Shown in pieces: positions 1 to 9,415 of a stretch of 64,000 nt of DNA (within the stretch, counting starts at the first letter, position 1; the number at the start of each line of letters is the position of its first letter). The DNA lies in the NCBI GenBank assembly GCA_029580855.1, contig JAKPQH010000181.1:16897-80896 (forward strand). The letters run 5' to 3'. The notes below the pieces were generated by a model. That model did not search any database and was not told the origin of the DNA. It worked only from the letters and a program-made list of their open reading frames with translations. The stretch is from a bacterium (GTDB taxonomy: Bacteria; Methylomirabilota; Methylomirabilia; Methylomirabilales; 2-02-FULL-66-22). The translations under genes and the position numbers were made by a program.

Positions 1-196
1 AACTGCTGGGGATCAAGTAGGGATAGATCCGTTCGGCGGTGCGACGGTTCGGCGGTTCATCTGTTCTGGAAACCGCAGCACGGCCGAACCACAGAACCGT
101 AAAACCCGCGCTGGTTGGAAGCCTTTTGCCATCAGTGTTCAGCCTGCAGTCTTTGGGGGTGTCCGACTGTCTGCTGATCGCTGACCGCTGAATGCC

Positions 197-877
197 GTGA
201 ACCGACATCTGATTGCATGCGAAGTGTTCCGGGACGAGTTCGACGCGGTGGCTCCCGCCGACATGCCGCGGACGTATCTCGCCCAGGGACTGCACCGCAC
301 GCCGGGGAAGATGCCCGCCGCCATCCAGGAGGTCGTGGACGGTCTGCCGGCGACGACCGACCTGACCATTCTCGGGTACGGCCTCTGCAGCAACGGGGTG
401 GTGGGTGTTCACTCGCGCACGACCCCCATGGTTATGCCCAGGGTCCACGACTGCATCGCCATCCTGCTCGGATCCGTCGGCCGCTACGAGGCCGAGATGG
501 ACGCCTGTGCGGGGACGTACTACATCACGCCGGGCTGGGCCAAGTACGGCACCACCTCGCTCTCGGCCTACAAGAACGAGTACCTGCCCAAATACGGCGA
601 GGAGGACGCGCGCTACATCGTGGAGGAGTGCCTCAAACGCTACACGCGCGTCGCCTTGATCAACCATGGGGTCGGCGACATGGCGCTGGGGCGGGCTCAC
701 GCCAAGGAGTTTGCCGCGACGTTCGGCAAGCGGTACGAGGAGATTCCCGGCGACCTGGGTTATTTGCGACGGCTCGTGCGCGGTCCGTGGGACAACGGCG
801 ACTTCGTCGCGATCCCGCCCGGGACCGCCATCGATCAAACCCCGTTCCTGGGGCTTTACCCCATCAGCCTCCCCTGA
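197..877 (+). CDS. DUF1638 domain-containing protein
   Basis: 226-aa ORF from the track with a GTG start and high GC3. The pattern ...RVHDCIAILLGS...YYITPGWAKYG... matches my memory of DUF1638, a family usually found near corrinoid methyltransferase genes. Confidence 0.7.
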   Translation: MNRHLIACEVFRDEFDAVAPADMPRTYLAQGLHRTPGKMPAAIQEVVDGLPATTDLTILGYGLCSNGVVGVHSRTTPMVMPRVHDCIAILLGSVGRYEAEMDACAGTYYITPGWAKYGTTSLSAYKNEYLPKYGEEDARYIVEECLKRYTRVALINHGVGDMALGRAHAKEFAATFGKRYEEIPGDLGYLRRLVRGPWDNGDFVAIPPGTAIDQTPFLGLYPISLP

Positions 878-892
878 GGGTGCGGGACGCAC

Positions 893-1141
893 ATGGCGCC
901 GCATGATCTACTCCGTGGCCTGGCCCTTCTGGAATCCGGCGACTGGGACCGGGCCCACGCCGTCGCCCAAGCCGACATGAGCGACTTGGGGTCGTGGCTT
1001 CACGGCATCGTCCACATGGTCGAACCGGATGGGAGCAACGCGATGTACTGGTACCGTCGCGCCGGCCGACCGTTCCCCGGAATGAACGCCGCCGCGTCCG
1101 AAATCGCGGCTCTCCGCATCGCACTGCGTGCCCCTCGGTAA
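893..1141 (+). CDS. small conserved hypothetical protein (WLHGIVH...YWYRRAGR motif)
   Basis: 82-aa ORF 16 nt after the previous stop. The motif SWLHGIVHMVEPDGSNAMYWYRRAGRPF resembles a small protein family I recall from many proteobacteria. Function unknown. Confidence 0.55.
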   Translation: MAPHDLLRGLALLESGDWDRAHAVAQADMSDLGSWLHGIVHMVEPDGSNAMYWYRRAGRPFPGMNAAASEIAALRIALRAPR

Positions 1142-1303
1142 ATTGCCGTCCGCGACCCCCGGCTTTCTGTGGCCTGGTGTCCGGGGCGGGCCGGTGCTCC
1201 GAGACGGAAGACGACACCGGCAGCCGGAGGGCACGTCCGCCGGGCCCCGTGCAACCGCGCAAAATTCGGCGACGCCCATCCGCTGGCGTTTCCAGGAAAG
1301 AGT

Positions 1304-2215
1304 TCAGGGCCCGATGAAACTGGGCAGCCAGAGCGTGGCGGCCGGCACGTAGGGCACTATCAACAGCGCGGCGACCCTGGCCGTATAAAACGGCCACAAC
1401 TCCTTCGACACCTGCCCGATGGACACCTCGCCGATGGCGCAGCCGACGAACAGCGAGGGACCGACGGGCGGGGTGATGAGCCCGATGCCGGCATTCACCA
1501 TAAGGATCAGCCCAAAGTGCACGGGGTCGACGCCAAATTTCAACACCAGGGGGAGGAGGATCGGCGCACAGATCAGGATCATCGGGGCCATGTCCATGAA
1601 GGTGCCGAGCAGGAGGAGCAGGATGTTCAGCAGCAAGAGCATGACATATTTGTTCTGCGTGATCCCGAGGACGAACGTGCGCATCTTGGCTGACACCTGC
1701 ATCGGGGCTATCAAGTAGCCGAAGGCGGCGGAGAAGCCGATCAGGATCATCACCATGGCGACGGTCTTCACCCTGGCGTGCAGCAGGCGCGGCAGGTCGC
1801 GCCACTTGTAGTCCCGGCAGACGAACATGGTGACGGAAGGCGTACACGCAGGCCACCGCCGCGGACTCGGTGGCCGTGAAAACGCCGGAGAGGATGCCGT
1901 CCAGAATGATCACCACGGTGCCCAGACCCCAGAGCGCACCAGGGCGGTCTTCGCCGCCTGACGCAGCGTCACCGGCTCGTCCCTCGGATAGCCGAGTCGG
2001 TAGGACATGTACAGGCACAGCGCGATCAGGCAAAAACCGAATATCAACCCGGGGATCACGCCGCCGATGAACAGGTGCGCGATCGAAACACTCCCGCCCG
2101 CGGCCAGCGAGTAGATCACCAGGTTGTGGGAGGGCGGGATCAGGACCGCCTGGACCGAGCCGCCGATGGTCACGTTGGTCGCAAAGGTGGCCGGATAGCC
2201 CTTCTTGATCATCCG
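1304..2215 (-). pseudogene. TRAP transporter large permease (DctM) remnant, N-terminally truncated and frameshifted
   Basis: Three collinear DctM-like pieces lie in three different minus frames: MIKKGYPATFATNV...LIPPS... (2215-1910), ALWGLGTVVIILDGILSGVFTATESAAVACVYAF (about 1935-1830) and ...FMDMAPMILICAPILLPL...GLITPPVG... (1828-1304). The first ~125 residues are missing relative to the intact paralog at 57840-59120. Confidence 0.75.
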
Positions 2216-2445
2216 GCCCGATCCAACCGGTCCGGAGGGAGCGCGACCCGGATCTCGCACGACGGCCGTGGCGGAGCCGCGTGACCGGTCGCGCGCTTGG
2301 AACGCGGGCCGGTCGCGGAGCGGATTGCGATTGCCGGCTTGGAAGCCGCTGAAGTTTGTGGTACCGTGCGGCGCAATCCGGGTTGTGCACGACGCCGCGT
2401 ATCGGGGGCTCGGCCGTTTTGGACCACTTCGGGAAAGGAGACGCT

Positions 2446-2904
2446 ATGCGGATCGAACAGGAGCTGGAGAAGATGGGATTCGTCCTGCCTACGCCGAAGC
2501 CGCTGGCGGCGTATGTTCCTGCCGTTCGGGTCGGCAATTTCATCTTTACCGCGGGGCAGGGCCCGAACGTGGACGGGAAGGCGTTATTCACCGGGAAGCT
2601 CGGACGGGAAGTGACCGAGGAGCAGGGGTACAAGGCGGCGCAGCTCTGTATCGTGAACTGCCTCGCCTGCGTGAAGAGTCTCATCGGGGATCTGGACAAG
2701 ATCGAGCGTGTCGTGAAACTGCTGGGCTTCGTGGCCTGTGTGGACGGATTCGTCCGGCAGCCGTGGGTCATGAACGGCGCATCGGAGTTGATCGTGAAGC
2801 TTTTCGGCGAACGCGGCCAGCACGCGCGCTCGGCCATCGGGACGAATGAGCTGCCGCTGGGCATCCCGGTGGAAGTGGAGATGATCGTCCAGGTCAAAGA
2901 CTGA
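2446..2904 (+). CDS. RidA/YjgF/L-PSP family protein
   Basis: ATG at 2446 is preceded by GGGAAAGGAG. The 152-aa product (...VRVGNFIFTAGQGP...ARSAIGTNELPLGIPVEVEMIV) is typical of the YjgF/RidA family. Confidence 0.9.
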   Translation: MRIEQELEKMGFVLPTPKPLAAYVPAVRVGNFIFTAGQGPNVDGKALFTGKLGREVTEEQGYKAAQLCIVNCLACVKSLIGDLDKIERVVKLLGFVACVDGFVRQPWVMNGASELIVKLFGERGQHARSAIGTNELPLGIPVEVEMIVQVKD

Positions 2905-2976
2905 GGCGCGCCGCGCCGACGCGGGGGGCGCGAGGCGCGGGACGTGGAGGTCGGAGGTCCGGCACCAGCCCCTCGA

Positions 2977-3003
2977 CGCAAGGGGTCGCGCTTGCGGTTT
3001 TTC
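2977..3003 (+). terminator. rho-independent terminator downstream of the RidA-like gene
   Basis: CGCAAG-gggtcgcg-CTTGCG hairpin followed by GTTTTTCGG. Confidence 0.55.
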
Positions 3004-3112
3004 GGCTTGCGAAATCCGGTCCGGCCTGTAGGGTAGGGCGCGCCGGGGATACGACGCGGGGCCGGTCGGGCCTCGGCGGGGAGGGGGCGGCGCCGTCTCG
3101 AGAGGGTCAGCC

Positions 3113-4390
3113 ATGCAGCCGTGCGCTCCGGACATGGGAAAACCGAACGATCCGACGCGTCGGCGCTCGCGCGTTCCGTGGGTGCTGGGCGGTGCGGCAT
3201 TTCTGGTCATTCTGGTCGTCGCGAACCTGTTCCTTTTCCCGAGCTCGCTGTCCGCGCCGCCGTCCGTCGCGGTGGCGCCGCCGCTCCCACCGTCCGCACC
3301 GCCGCCCGTGGTCGGGACGCTCGGGAAACGGCGGACGCTCCACGACGTTTTGGCGGCGCTGGGGGTCACCAAGGATCGGGCCATCCGGATCCTGCAGGCG
3401 ATGCGCCCGCATATCGATTTTCGGCGGCTCCAACCGCAGGACCAGATCGAGCTTCACCACGATGCGTCGGGGGATCTGGTCAAGTTCGTGTACCGCCAGA
3501 GCCCCATCGACATCGTGGAGGCCAGGTGCGACGGCGGCGACTGGGCGGCGACCCGTGTGGATGTGCCGGTGGAACGCCGAGTTGTCGTGGTCGCGGGGAC
3601 GCTGAAGGACAACCTGTTCGAGAGCGTGGAGCGCCTGGGGGAGCGACCCCAGCTCGTTCTCGACTTTGCCGAGATCTTCGCCTGGGATTTCGATTTCGCC
3701 GCCGACTCGCAGCCGGGCGACCGGTTTCGGATGCTCGTGGAGAAGGTGTTCACGAACGAGCGGTTTGTCAAGTACGGCCGCGTTCTCGCCGCGGAGTACG
3801 AAAGCGAGGGCCGGGTCCACGTCGGTGTCCATTTCGAGGACAAGCACGGGAGCGGCTACTACACGCCCGCGGGAGAATCGCTCCGGCGGGCGTTTCTGAA
3901 GTCGCCGCTGGAATTCACGCGGATCAGCTCCACGTTCAGCCGGGGGCGGCGGCACCCCATCCTGGGCGGCGTGCGTCCGCACCTGGCGGTGGACTACGCG
4001 GCCCCCCTCGGCACGCCGGTCTTTGCCGTGGCGGACGGGACGGTCGAATCGGCCGGGTGGTCCGGGGGGGGCGGCAACGCCGTCGTTCTGCGGCACCGGG
4101 CCAACTTCAAAACCATGTACAATCACCTCTCGCGTTTCGCCCCCGGGATCCGGCGGGGGACGGCGGTCCGGCAGCGCCAGGTGATCGGCTACGTCGGAAG
4201 CACGGGGCTCTCCACCGGGCCGCACCTGGATTATCGCGTCGTGAAGGATGGTCGATTCGTCAATCCCCTCAAGCAAACCTTCCTGCCGGGCCTGCCCGTC
4301 TCGGCGTCCCGCCGCGGCGAGTTTGCGGAGAAGCGGGACTCCCTGCTTTCCCAGCTGCGCGGGACCGACATCGCCAGCACACCGAGGTAG
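3113..4390 (+). CDS. M23 family metallopeptidase with N-terminal membrane anchor
   Basis: The C-terminal motif HLAVDYAAPLGTPVFAVADGTV...GNAVVLRH...YNHLS...GYVGSTGLSTGPHLDYRV is a LytM/M23 signature. A hydrophobic helix (WVLGGAAFLVILVVANLFLF) sits near the N-terminus. The start could instead be the ATG at 3134. Confidence 0.9.
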   Translation: MQPCAPDMGKPNDPTRRRSRVPWVLGGAAFLVILVVANLFLFPSSLSAPPSVAVAPPLPPSAPPPVVGTLGKRRTLHDVLAALGVTKDRAIRILQAMRPHIDFRRLQPQDQIELHHDASGDLVKFVYRQSPIDIVEARCDGGDWAATRVDVPVERRVVVVAGTLKDNLFESVERLGERPQLVLDFAEIFAWDFDFAADSQPGDRFRMLVEKVFTNERFVKYGRVLAAEYESEGRVHVGVHFEDKHGSGYYTPAGESLRRAFLKSPLEFTRISSTFSRGRRHPILGGVRPHLAVDYAAPLGTPVFAVADGTVESAGWSGGGGNAVVLRHRANFKTMYNHLSRFAPGIRRGTAVRQRQVIGYVGSTGLSTGPHLDYRVVKDGRFVNPLKQTFLPGLPVSASRRGEFAEKRDSLLSQLRGTDIASTPR

Positions 4391-4423
4391 CTCCGGCGAC
4401 CCAGCGGTGGTATGGCCGGGGTC

Positions 4424-5452
4424 TCAGCGGCGGCGGTCTGCCGGTCGCCTTTCCAGCAGTGCGATCAGGGCCGCCGCAGTCTCGAACCGGGCAAGGCGCC
4501 GCCGAACCTCGGGCGGCGCGGCGACCCCCTCCTCCCAGACCACCCCGGCGAACAGCGGGAGCGGTGAGCGGTCGAAGTACCGGTTATGGATCCGCACGTT
4601 CGGGTGGCGCCGGTGTGCGATCTGACCGGGCGCCTCTTCGCGGGTCCGCCAGAACGTCGCCAGGGCGGGCGGAAGCCATTTGCTCGAATCGGCCAGGACG
4701 TAGGCCGGGACGCGCGCACGCCGGGCCGCCTGCGCCAGCGGCTCCGTCCCCGTCTTGTTGGCCACGCCGGTTTGCATGACCGCATCGGCGCCTACGAGCA
4801 GGAGGTCGGCCTGCCCCATCCACCCCGGCAGCGCGGCGTCGGTCATCAGATGCACGGGGACGCCGGCGAGCGCCAGCCGGCGGGCGAGGGACACCCCTTC
4901 ACCGACGGGCCGCGATTCGGAGCAGGCCACCTCGAAGCGCCGCCCGGCCGCCAGTGCGCGGAGGAGGACCATGCGCACGGCGGCGCTGTGCGAGTATGTG
5001 AGGACGAGGCTTCCCGACCTCACCAGCCGCGCGCCGTGCCGAACCGTGTGGGCCAGCCGGCGGTCCACGCCGTCCGCGTACGCCGCCATGGCGGCGTGGA
5101 GCTGTGTCCACCGGAGGCGGTCCGGTCGATCGCCGGCGGCGAGCCACAGGGCGTTGGCGAGGTTGAGCAGGGGCGCCATGGAGGGCTGACTGGCGGTGAG
5201 GCGCCGGGTGAAGCGAGCGAGGGCGGCGTGGAGGCGGTCGGATGGCAGCGGGCGCGCGGCGGCGAGAAACAGGCGGCCGGCCTCGATGGCGCGCGCCAGC
5301 ACGACGCTGGCGCCCGAGCGGCGGTCCCGTTCGATCTGACGCAGAAGGCAAATCCAGTCGGATGGCACGACACGGCCTCGGGTACGACGCGAGCGGCTCA
5401 TCGGTTTCCGGGCGCGGGAAACGCGTCCGGGACGGCCCGGCCCAGGTGACAC
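4424..5452 (-). CDS. eIF-2B alpha/beta/delta-like (IF-2B family) protein
   Basis: 342-aa ORF. ...LVLTYSHSAAV...ESRPVGEG...VHLMTDAA...ADLLLVGADAV...GVANKTGT... follows the IF-2B / ribose-bisphosphate isomerase-like pattern. The start is uncertain: GTG at 5452 or ATG at 5401. Confidence 0.75.
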   Translation of the reverse strand: MSPGPGRPGRVSRARKPMSRSRRTRGRVVPSDWICLLRQIERDRRSGASVVLARAIEAGRLFLAAARPLPSDRLHAALARFTRRLTASQPSMAPLLNLANALWLAAGDRPDRLRWTQLHAAMAAYADGVDRRLAHTVRHGARLVRSGSLVLTYSHSAAVRMVLLRALAAGRRFEVACSESRPVGEGVSLARRLALAGVPVHLMTDAALPGWMGQADLLLVGADAVMQTGVANKTGTEPLAQAARRARVPAYVLADSSKWLPPALATFWRTREEAPGQIAHRRHPNVRIHNRYFDRSPLPLFAGVVWEEGVAAPPEVRRRLARFETAAALIALLERRPADRRR

Positions 5453-5497
5453 CGCGGCCCGACGGCGCTATGATACATCGGGTCGGGGGTGGAAGCG

Positions 5498-6295
5498 ATG
5501 CTGACGGTGATCCTGGCAATCGGGCGCGAGATCCTGCGCGGGCGCGTCCAGGACACCAATTCCTGGACGCTGGCCCGGCGGCTGACCGGCCTCGGTCACG
5601 AGGTCGTGCGGATCGCCGCGTGCGACGACGATCTCGTGGCCATCGTGCGGGAGGTCCGCCGCGCGGCGGAGGACGGCGCCACCCTGGTCGTCACCACGGG
5701 CGGCCTCGGCCCCACGGACGACGATCGGACGTTGCAGGCCTTGGCCGACGCCACGGATTGCCCGCTGGCGCTCCACCCGGAGGCCCGGGACCTCGTGGCG
5801 GAGCGGTACGAGGCGCTCGCCCGGACCGGCGCCGTGGCCGACGGCGGAATGACGGCGCCCCGGGAAAAGATGGCGTGGATCCCGGTGGGGGCGGCGCCGC
5901 TCCCGAATCCTGTGGGCGCGGCGCCGGGAATCTGGCTGGAGGCCGGGCCGACGATCTATGTCGCCCTCCCCGGCGTTCCGGCGGAGATGCGCGCCATCCT
6001 GGAACACGCCGTCGCGCCGGTTCTTGCCGCGCGTGCTCCCGGGGCCGTGTACGCCGAGCGGCGCATCGTCACCCGGGCCCGCGACGAGTCCGCGATCGCA
6101 CCCCTCCTCCGACGGCTGGGCCAGGAACTGCCCCAGGTTTACGCGAAGAGCCGCCCGACGCGCTTCGGGTCGGAGGCACGGCTCGAGGTGTTCGCAAGCG
6201 CCTGGGGAAAAGACCGGGACGAAGTGGAGGCGCGGCTCGCGCGGGCCGTGGCGCTCCTGCGCGAGGCGCTGGGAGAGGCGCCGGCCGACGGATGA
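5498..6295 (+). CDS. CinA-like molybdopterin-binding (MoCF biosynthesis) domain protein
   Basis: MLTVILAIGREILRGRVQDTNSWTLARRL...VVTTGGLGPTDDDRT is the CinA N-terminal / MoaB-MogA-like signature. At 265 aa it has no C-terminal PncC-like domain. I prefer the ATG at 5498 to the track GTG at 5489. Confidence 0.85.
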   Translation: MLTVILAIGREILRGRVQDTNSWTLARRLTGLGHEVVRIAACDDDLVAIVREVRRAAEDGATLVVTTGGLGPTDDDRTLQALADATDCPLALHPEARDLVAERYEALARTGAVADGGMTAPREKMAWIPVGAAPLPNPVGAAPGIWLEAGPTIYVALPGVPAEMRAILEHAVAPVLAARAPGAVYAERRIVTRARDESAIAPLLRRLGQELPQVYAKSRPTRFGSEARLEVFASAWGKDRDEVEARLARAVALLREALGEAPADG

Positions 6296-6310
6296 CGGCC
6301 GCGGCGCGAC

Positions 6311-7969
6311 TCAGTTGGCGATGGTGCTGATCCGCCGCAGATCGCCCAGCAGTTGCTGAATCCCCACGGCGCCGTACTTCCCGACGAACTGGACCGCCTG
6401 CTGGGTGAGCAGCGTGCGCTCTTCGGGGGAGACGAACTTCCCCGAGAAGGCGATCACCGAAACCGCCTCCAGGCCCGGAATCTGGCGCAGACGGGTCACG
6501 ACCTCCAGGCCGCTCACGTCGGGGAGGTGGAGGTCCAGGAGGACGATGTCGGGCTGCTCGACTTGGGCTCGCTGGAGCGCGCTCCGGCCATCCGTGGCGC
6601 GCACGACCCGGTGGCCCTCGTGCACCAACAACGCCTCCAGCGCCTCCAGGACCGCGGATTCGTCGTCCACGACCAGGATGCGGAGCGGCCGCCTCGGCGC
6701 GCCGAGGGCCTGGCAGCGGTGCAGCGCCGTGAGCAGCCGTTTGGCGTCCACCGGCTTCGTGAGCCAGTCCACCGCCCCCAGGCTGGGCCCCAGTTGGCCC
6801 TGATCCTGCGCGGTCACGACGAGCACCGGGATCCCCTGGGTCGCCGGGTCGTTCTTGAGCCGGTACAGGACTTCCCAGCCGTCCAGGTCCGGCAGGCCGA
6901 GATCCAGCGTGATGACCTGGGGCAGCAGCCGCTTGGCCGCGCCCAGACCGGCGTGGCCGCTGGCCACCAGCGCGACCCGGTAGCCCCCCTCCATGAGCTG
7001 CGACCGGATCAGGCCGGCCGCCACCATGTCGTCCTCGATGACCAGGACGAGCGGCGAGCGGTCCCGGGCCAACTGTCCGGGTTCGAGTTGGCAGGCGCCG
7101 GGCAGGCGGAACGTGAACGTGCTCCCCTGGCCGGGCACGCTCTCGACCCAGATACGGCCGCCGTGGAGTTCGACCAGCCGCTTGGCGATGGCCAGGCCCA
7201 AGCCGACACCCTTCTGCTGTCCCTCCTTGGATCCCGCCTGCTCGTACGCCTCGAAGATCCGCTGCTGATCCTCCGGCGGAATCCCCACGCCCGTGTCCCG
7301 CACCGCCACCTCGAGCTGCAGGCCGACCTGTTTGGCCGTGACGGCGATGAGCCCGCCCTCGGGGGTGAACTTGAAGGCATTCGACAGGAGGTTGTGGAGC
7401 ACCTGCTGCACGCGAACCCGGTCCGCCAGCAGGTGGCTGAGGGGCGAGGCCATCTCCAGGACGAGCGAGACGCGGCCGTTTTGCGTCTGGGTGCGGAACA
7501 GCGCCAGCGTCTCCTCCAGGAGCGCGGCGACGTCGCAGGGCTCCGGGTGGATCTCCATCCGGCCGGCCTCGACGCGGCTGAGGTCGAGCAGATCGTTGAC
7601 GAGGCCGAGCAATTGCCGGCTGGCGGCGGCGACGTGCCCGAGGTGTCGTCGCTGCTTCTGGCTGAGCGGTTCGCCCTCGGCCATGAGGAGCAGATCGGTG
7701 AACCCCACGATGGCGTTCAGCGGCTGGCGCAGATCGTGGGACATGCGCGCCAGAAACTCGGACTTGGCCTGCGAGCGCTGCGCCAACTCCAGATTGGACA
7801 CCTGCAAGGCGGCCGTGCGCTCCGCCACCTTGGCGTCCACCTGTTGCTGCGCTTCCCGGAGGAGCGCCTTCAGCCGGGCGATCTCGACCTCCGGATCCGC
7901 CGCGCGTCTCCGCGCGTCCGCGGCCGAGTCCGCCCCCAGCCCGCCGCCGCCCATGTCGTCGCCAGCCAT
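6311..7969 (-). CDS. hybrid sensor histidine kinase with two C-terminal receiver domains
   Basis: H-box SEFLARMSHDLRQPLNAI. HATPase_c motifs are NLLSNAFKFT, DTGVGIP and GVGLGLAIAKRLVELHGG. Two REC domains follow (LVLVIEDD...TLDLGLPDLDG and ILVVDDE...LLDLHLPDVSG). There is no TM or sensor domain, only a short N-terminal coiled coil. Confidence 0.9.
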   Translation of the reverse strand: MAGDDMGGGGLGADSAADARRRAADPEVEIARLKALLREAQQQVDAKVAERTAALQVSNLELAQRSQAKSEFLARMSHDLRQPLNAIVGFTDLLLMAEGEPLSQKQRRHLGHVAAASRQLLGLVNDLLDLSRVEAGRMEIHPEPCDVAALLEETLALFRTQTQNGRVSLVLEMASPLSHLLADRVRVQQVLHNLLSNAFKFTPEGGLIAVTAKQVGLQLEVAVRDTGVGIPPEDQQRIFEAYEQAGSKEGQQKGVGLGLAIAKRLVELHGGRIWVESVPGQGSTFTFRLPGACQLEPGQLARDRSPLVLVIEDDMVAAGLIRSQLMEGGYRVALVASGHAGLGAAKRLLPQVITLDLGLPDLDGWEVLYRLKNDPATQGIPVLVVTAQDQGQLGPSLGAVDWLTKPVDAKRLLTALHRCQALGAPRRPLRILVVDDESAVLEALEALLVHEGHRVVRATDGRSALQRAQVEQPDIVLLDLHLPDVSGLEVVTRLRQIPGLEAVSVIAFSGKFVSPEERTLLTQQAVQFVGKYGAVGIQQLLGDLRRISTIAN

Positions 7970-8024
7970 CGTCCCTCCGGTGCGTGCTCGCGCCGTCCGC
8001 GGGCGCGGAACCCGCCGCCTCCGC

Positions 8025-9140
8025 TCACGCCCCCAGCAGCTCCAGCGCCTTGATGAGCGCCTCGACGAAGAAATACTCGCCCCACATTACGGATTCGTCA
8101 ACCCCCAATCCCTTGTTGATATGATAAACCCCACGTTTGAGGACCCCCTCCCAGCCGGGTGTGTTCCGCGCCAGGAACTCGTCGCCGGTCAACGTGTCCA
8201 GGATCCGGAACGCGGTGTCGCGGTAGAGGCGCGACTTGGCCCGCGAGGGGGTGAACGACGCCAGGTCGAGGAGGCCGGATGCGGCAATGGCGGCCGCGCT
8301 GCTCTCCGGTTGTTGGTGCGGCCCCGAGACCGCGGCGTAATCGTTGGGCGGAACGCCGTGCGGCGGGGTGGCGTCCAGATAGAAATCCGCGTTCATCTCG
8401 GCCGTCTCGAGGAAACGGCGGTCCCGCGTGTAGCGATACGCGGTGCCGAACCCGTAGAGCGACCAGGCCAGGCCGCGCGCCCAGGAGGAGTCGGCGCGGC
8501 AGCCCTGATGGGTGCCGGTGCGCAGGAACGCCCCGGTTGTCGGGTCAAAGATCCCCTCGTGGGCGGTGGAGCCGTCGCCGCGCACGAGATGGCGGCGGGT
8601 GGTCAGGCAGTGCGCCATCCCCACCCCGCGGAGGGCGGCGTCCTGCGTCTCGCGGGCGGCGTAGAAGATGATGCCCACGTTCATCATGATGTCGATGAAG
8701 CAGGACTCGGGCGCGACGAACGAGCAGAGGTACTTCCCCGGCTCCTGGAAGCGCAGCGCCAGGGTCCGGCCGGCCTGGATCATCACGTCGCGGAGCTGCG
8801 GGTCCCGGGTCAGACGATACCAGTGGTGGTACGTGGACATGAAGACGAACCCCAGGTCGTGCACGCTCCGGTCGTGTCGCCGCGGCTCCAACGGTTTCGA
8901 GTAGCGCTCCGCCTGCTCGCGGAACCAGCCGTCGCCGGTCCAGCGATGGATGAGCCACATCATCCCCGGGAAGAAGCCGTCACACCAGTGGGTCCAGGCG
9001 TCGCCCTGGTGTTTCCATTTCCCCCCCCGCGTGTACATCGGGTAGAAGCCCGGGTACCGCTCCACGGTGGCGCGAACCTGTTCGCCGGCGAAGTGGAGGG
9101 CGCCGTGCAGCCTGGGGATCAGGAGGCCGGTGTCGGTCAT
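8025..9140 (-). CDS. glycoside hydrolase family 88-like protein (unsaturated glucuronyl hydrolase family)
   Basis: ...DAWTHWCDGFFPGMMWL...HDLGFVF...FIDIMMNVGIIFYAA...SSWARGLAWSLYGF...DSSAAAIAASGLL...VDESVMWGEYFFVEAL matches GH88 as I remember it. The ATG at 9140 (MTDTGL) is preferred over the upstream track start. Confidence 0.8.
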   Translation of the reverse strand: MTDTGLLIPRLHGALHFAGEQVRATVERYPGFYPMYTRGGKWKHQGDAWTHWCDGFFPGMMWLIHRWTGDGWFREQAERYSKPLEPRRHDRSVHDLGFVFMSTYHHWYRLTRDPQLRDVMIQAGRTLALRFQEPGKYLCSFVAPESCFIDIMMNVGIIFYAARETQDAALRGVGMAHCLTTRRHLVRGDGSTAHEGIFDPTTGAFLRTGTHQGCRADSSWARGLAWSLYGFGTAYRYTRDRRFLETAEMNADFYLDATPPHGVPPNDYAAVSGPHQQPESSAAAIAASGLLDLASFTPSRAKSRLYRDTAFRILDTLTGDEFLARNTPGWEGVLKRGVYHINKGLGVDESVMWGEYFFVEALIKALELLGA

Positions 9141-9415
9141 GCGGGGCTCCTCGGCGCCGGGCGGTCGGCGCCTGCATCGGGATCGCGCGCATCCGGGTTT
9201 CCGTTCCACTCCGGACAGCGGCAGGGTACCAGAAGGCGGGGGCCCGCCGCAACGGTCTTCTTGGGCGTCGTGCGAGTCTTCGAACTTGACGCGGCCGCGG
9301 ATGTGCGCGATGCTTCCGTCGGCATCCTCTCGGGCGGCCCGGCCGCGATGCCGGGCGACCGCGGTTCGGATGCGGGGTCCGGCCGGTCCCGAGCGACACC
9401 CCGGAGGGGATCCCC

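Noticed and set aside
29-100. Cluster of short GGTTC / GAACC direct and inverted repeats (CGTTCGGCGGT x2; GGTTCGGC pairing with GCCGAACC) at the left window edge
   Set aside because: The motifs are very short and at the window boundary, with the upstream context missing. The resemblance to the CACAGATT element family is only in style (8-9 bp periodicity), not in sequence.
864-3200. 778-aa minus-strand ORF spanning the small protein, the DctM remnant and the RidA gene
   Set aside because: It is an Arg/Pro/Gly/Ala-rich shadow ORF typical of high-GC DNA. It overlaps recognisable genes in other frames. Only a short internal stretch (ALWGLGTVVIILDG...) is meaningful, as one fragment of the DctM pseudogene.
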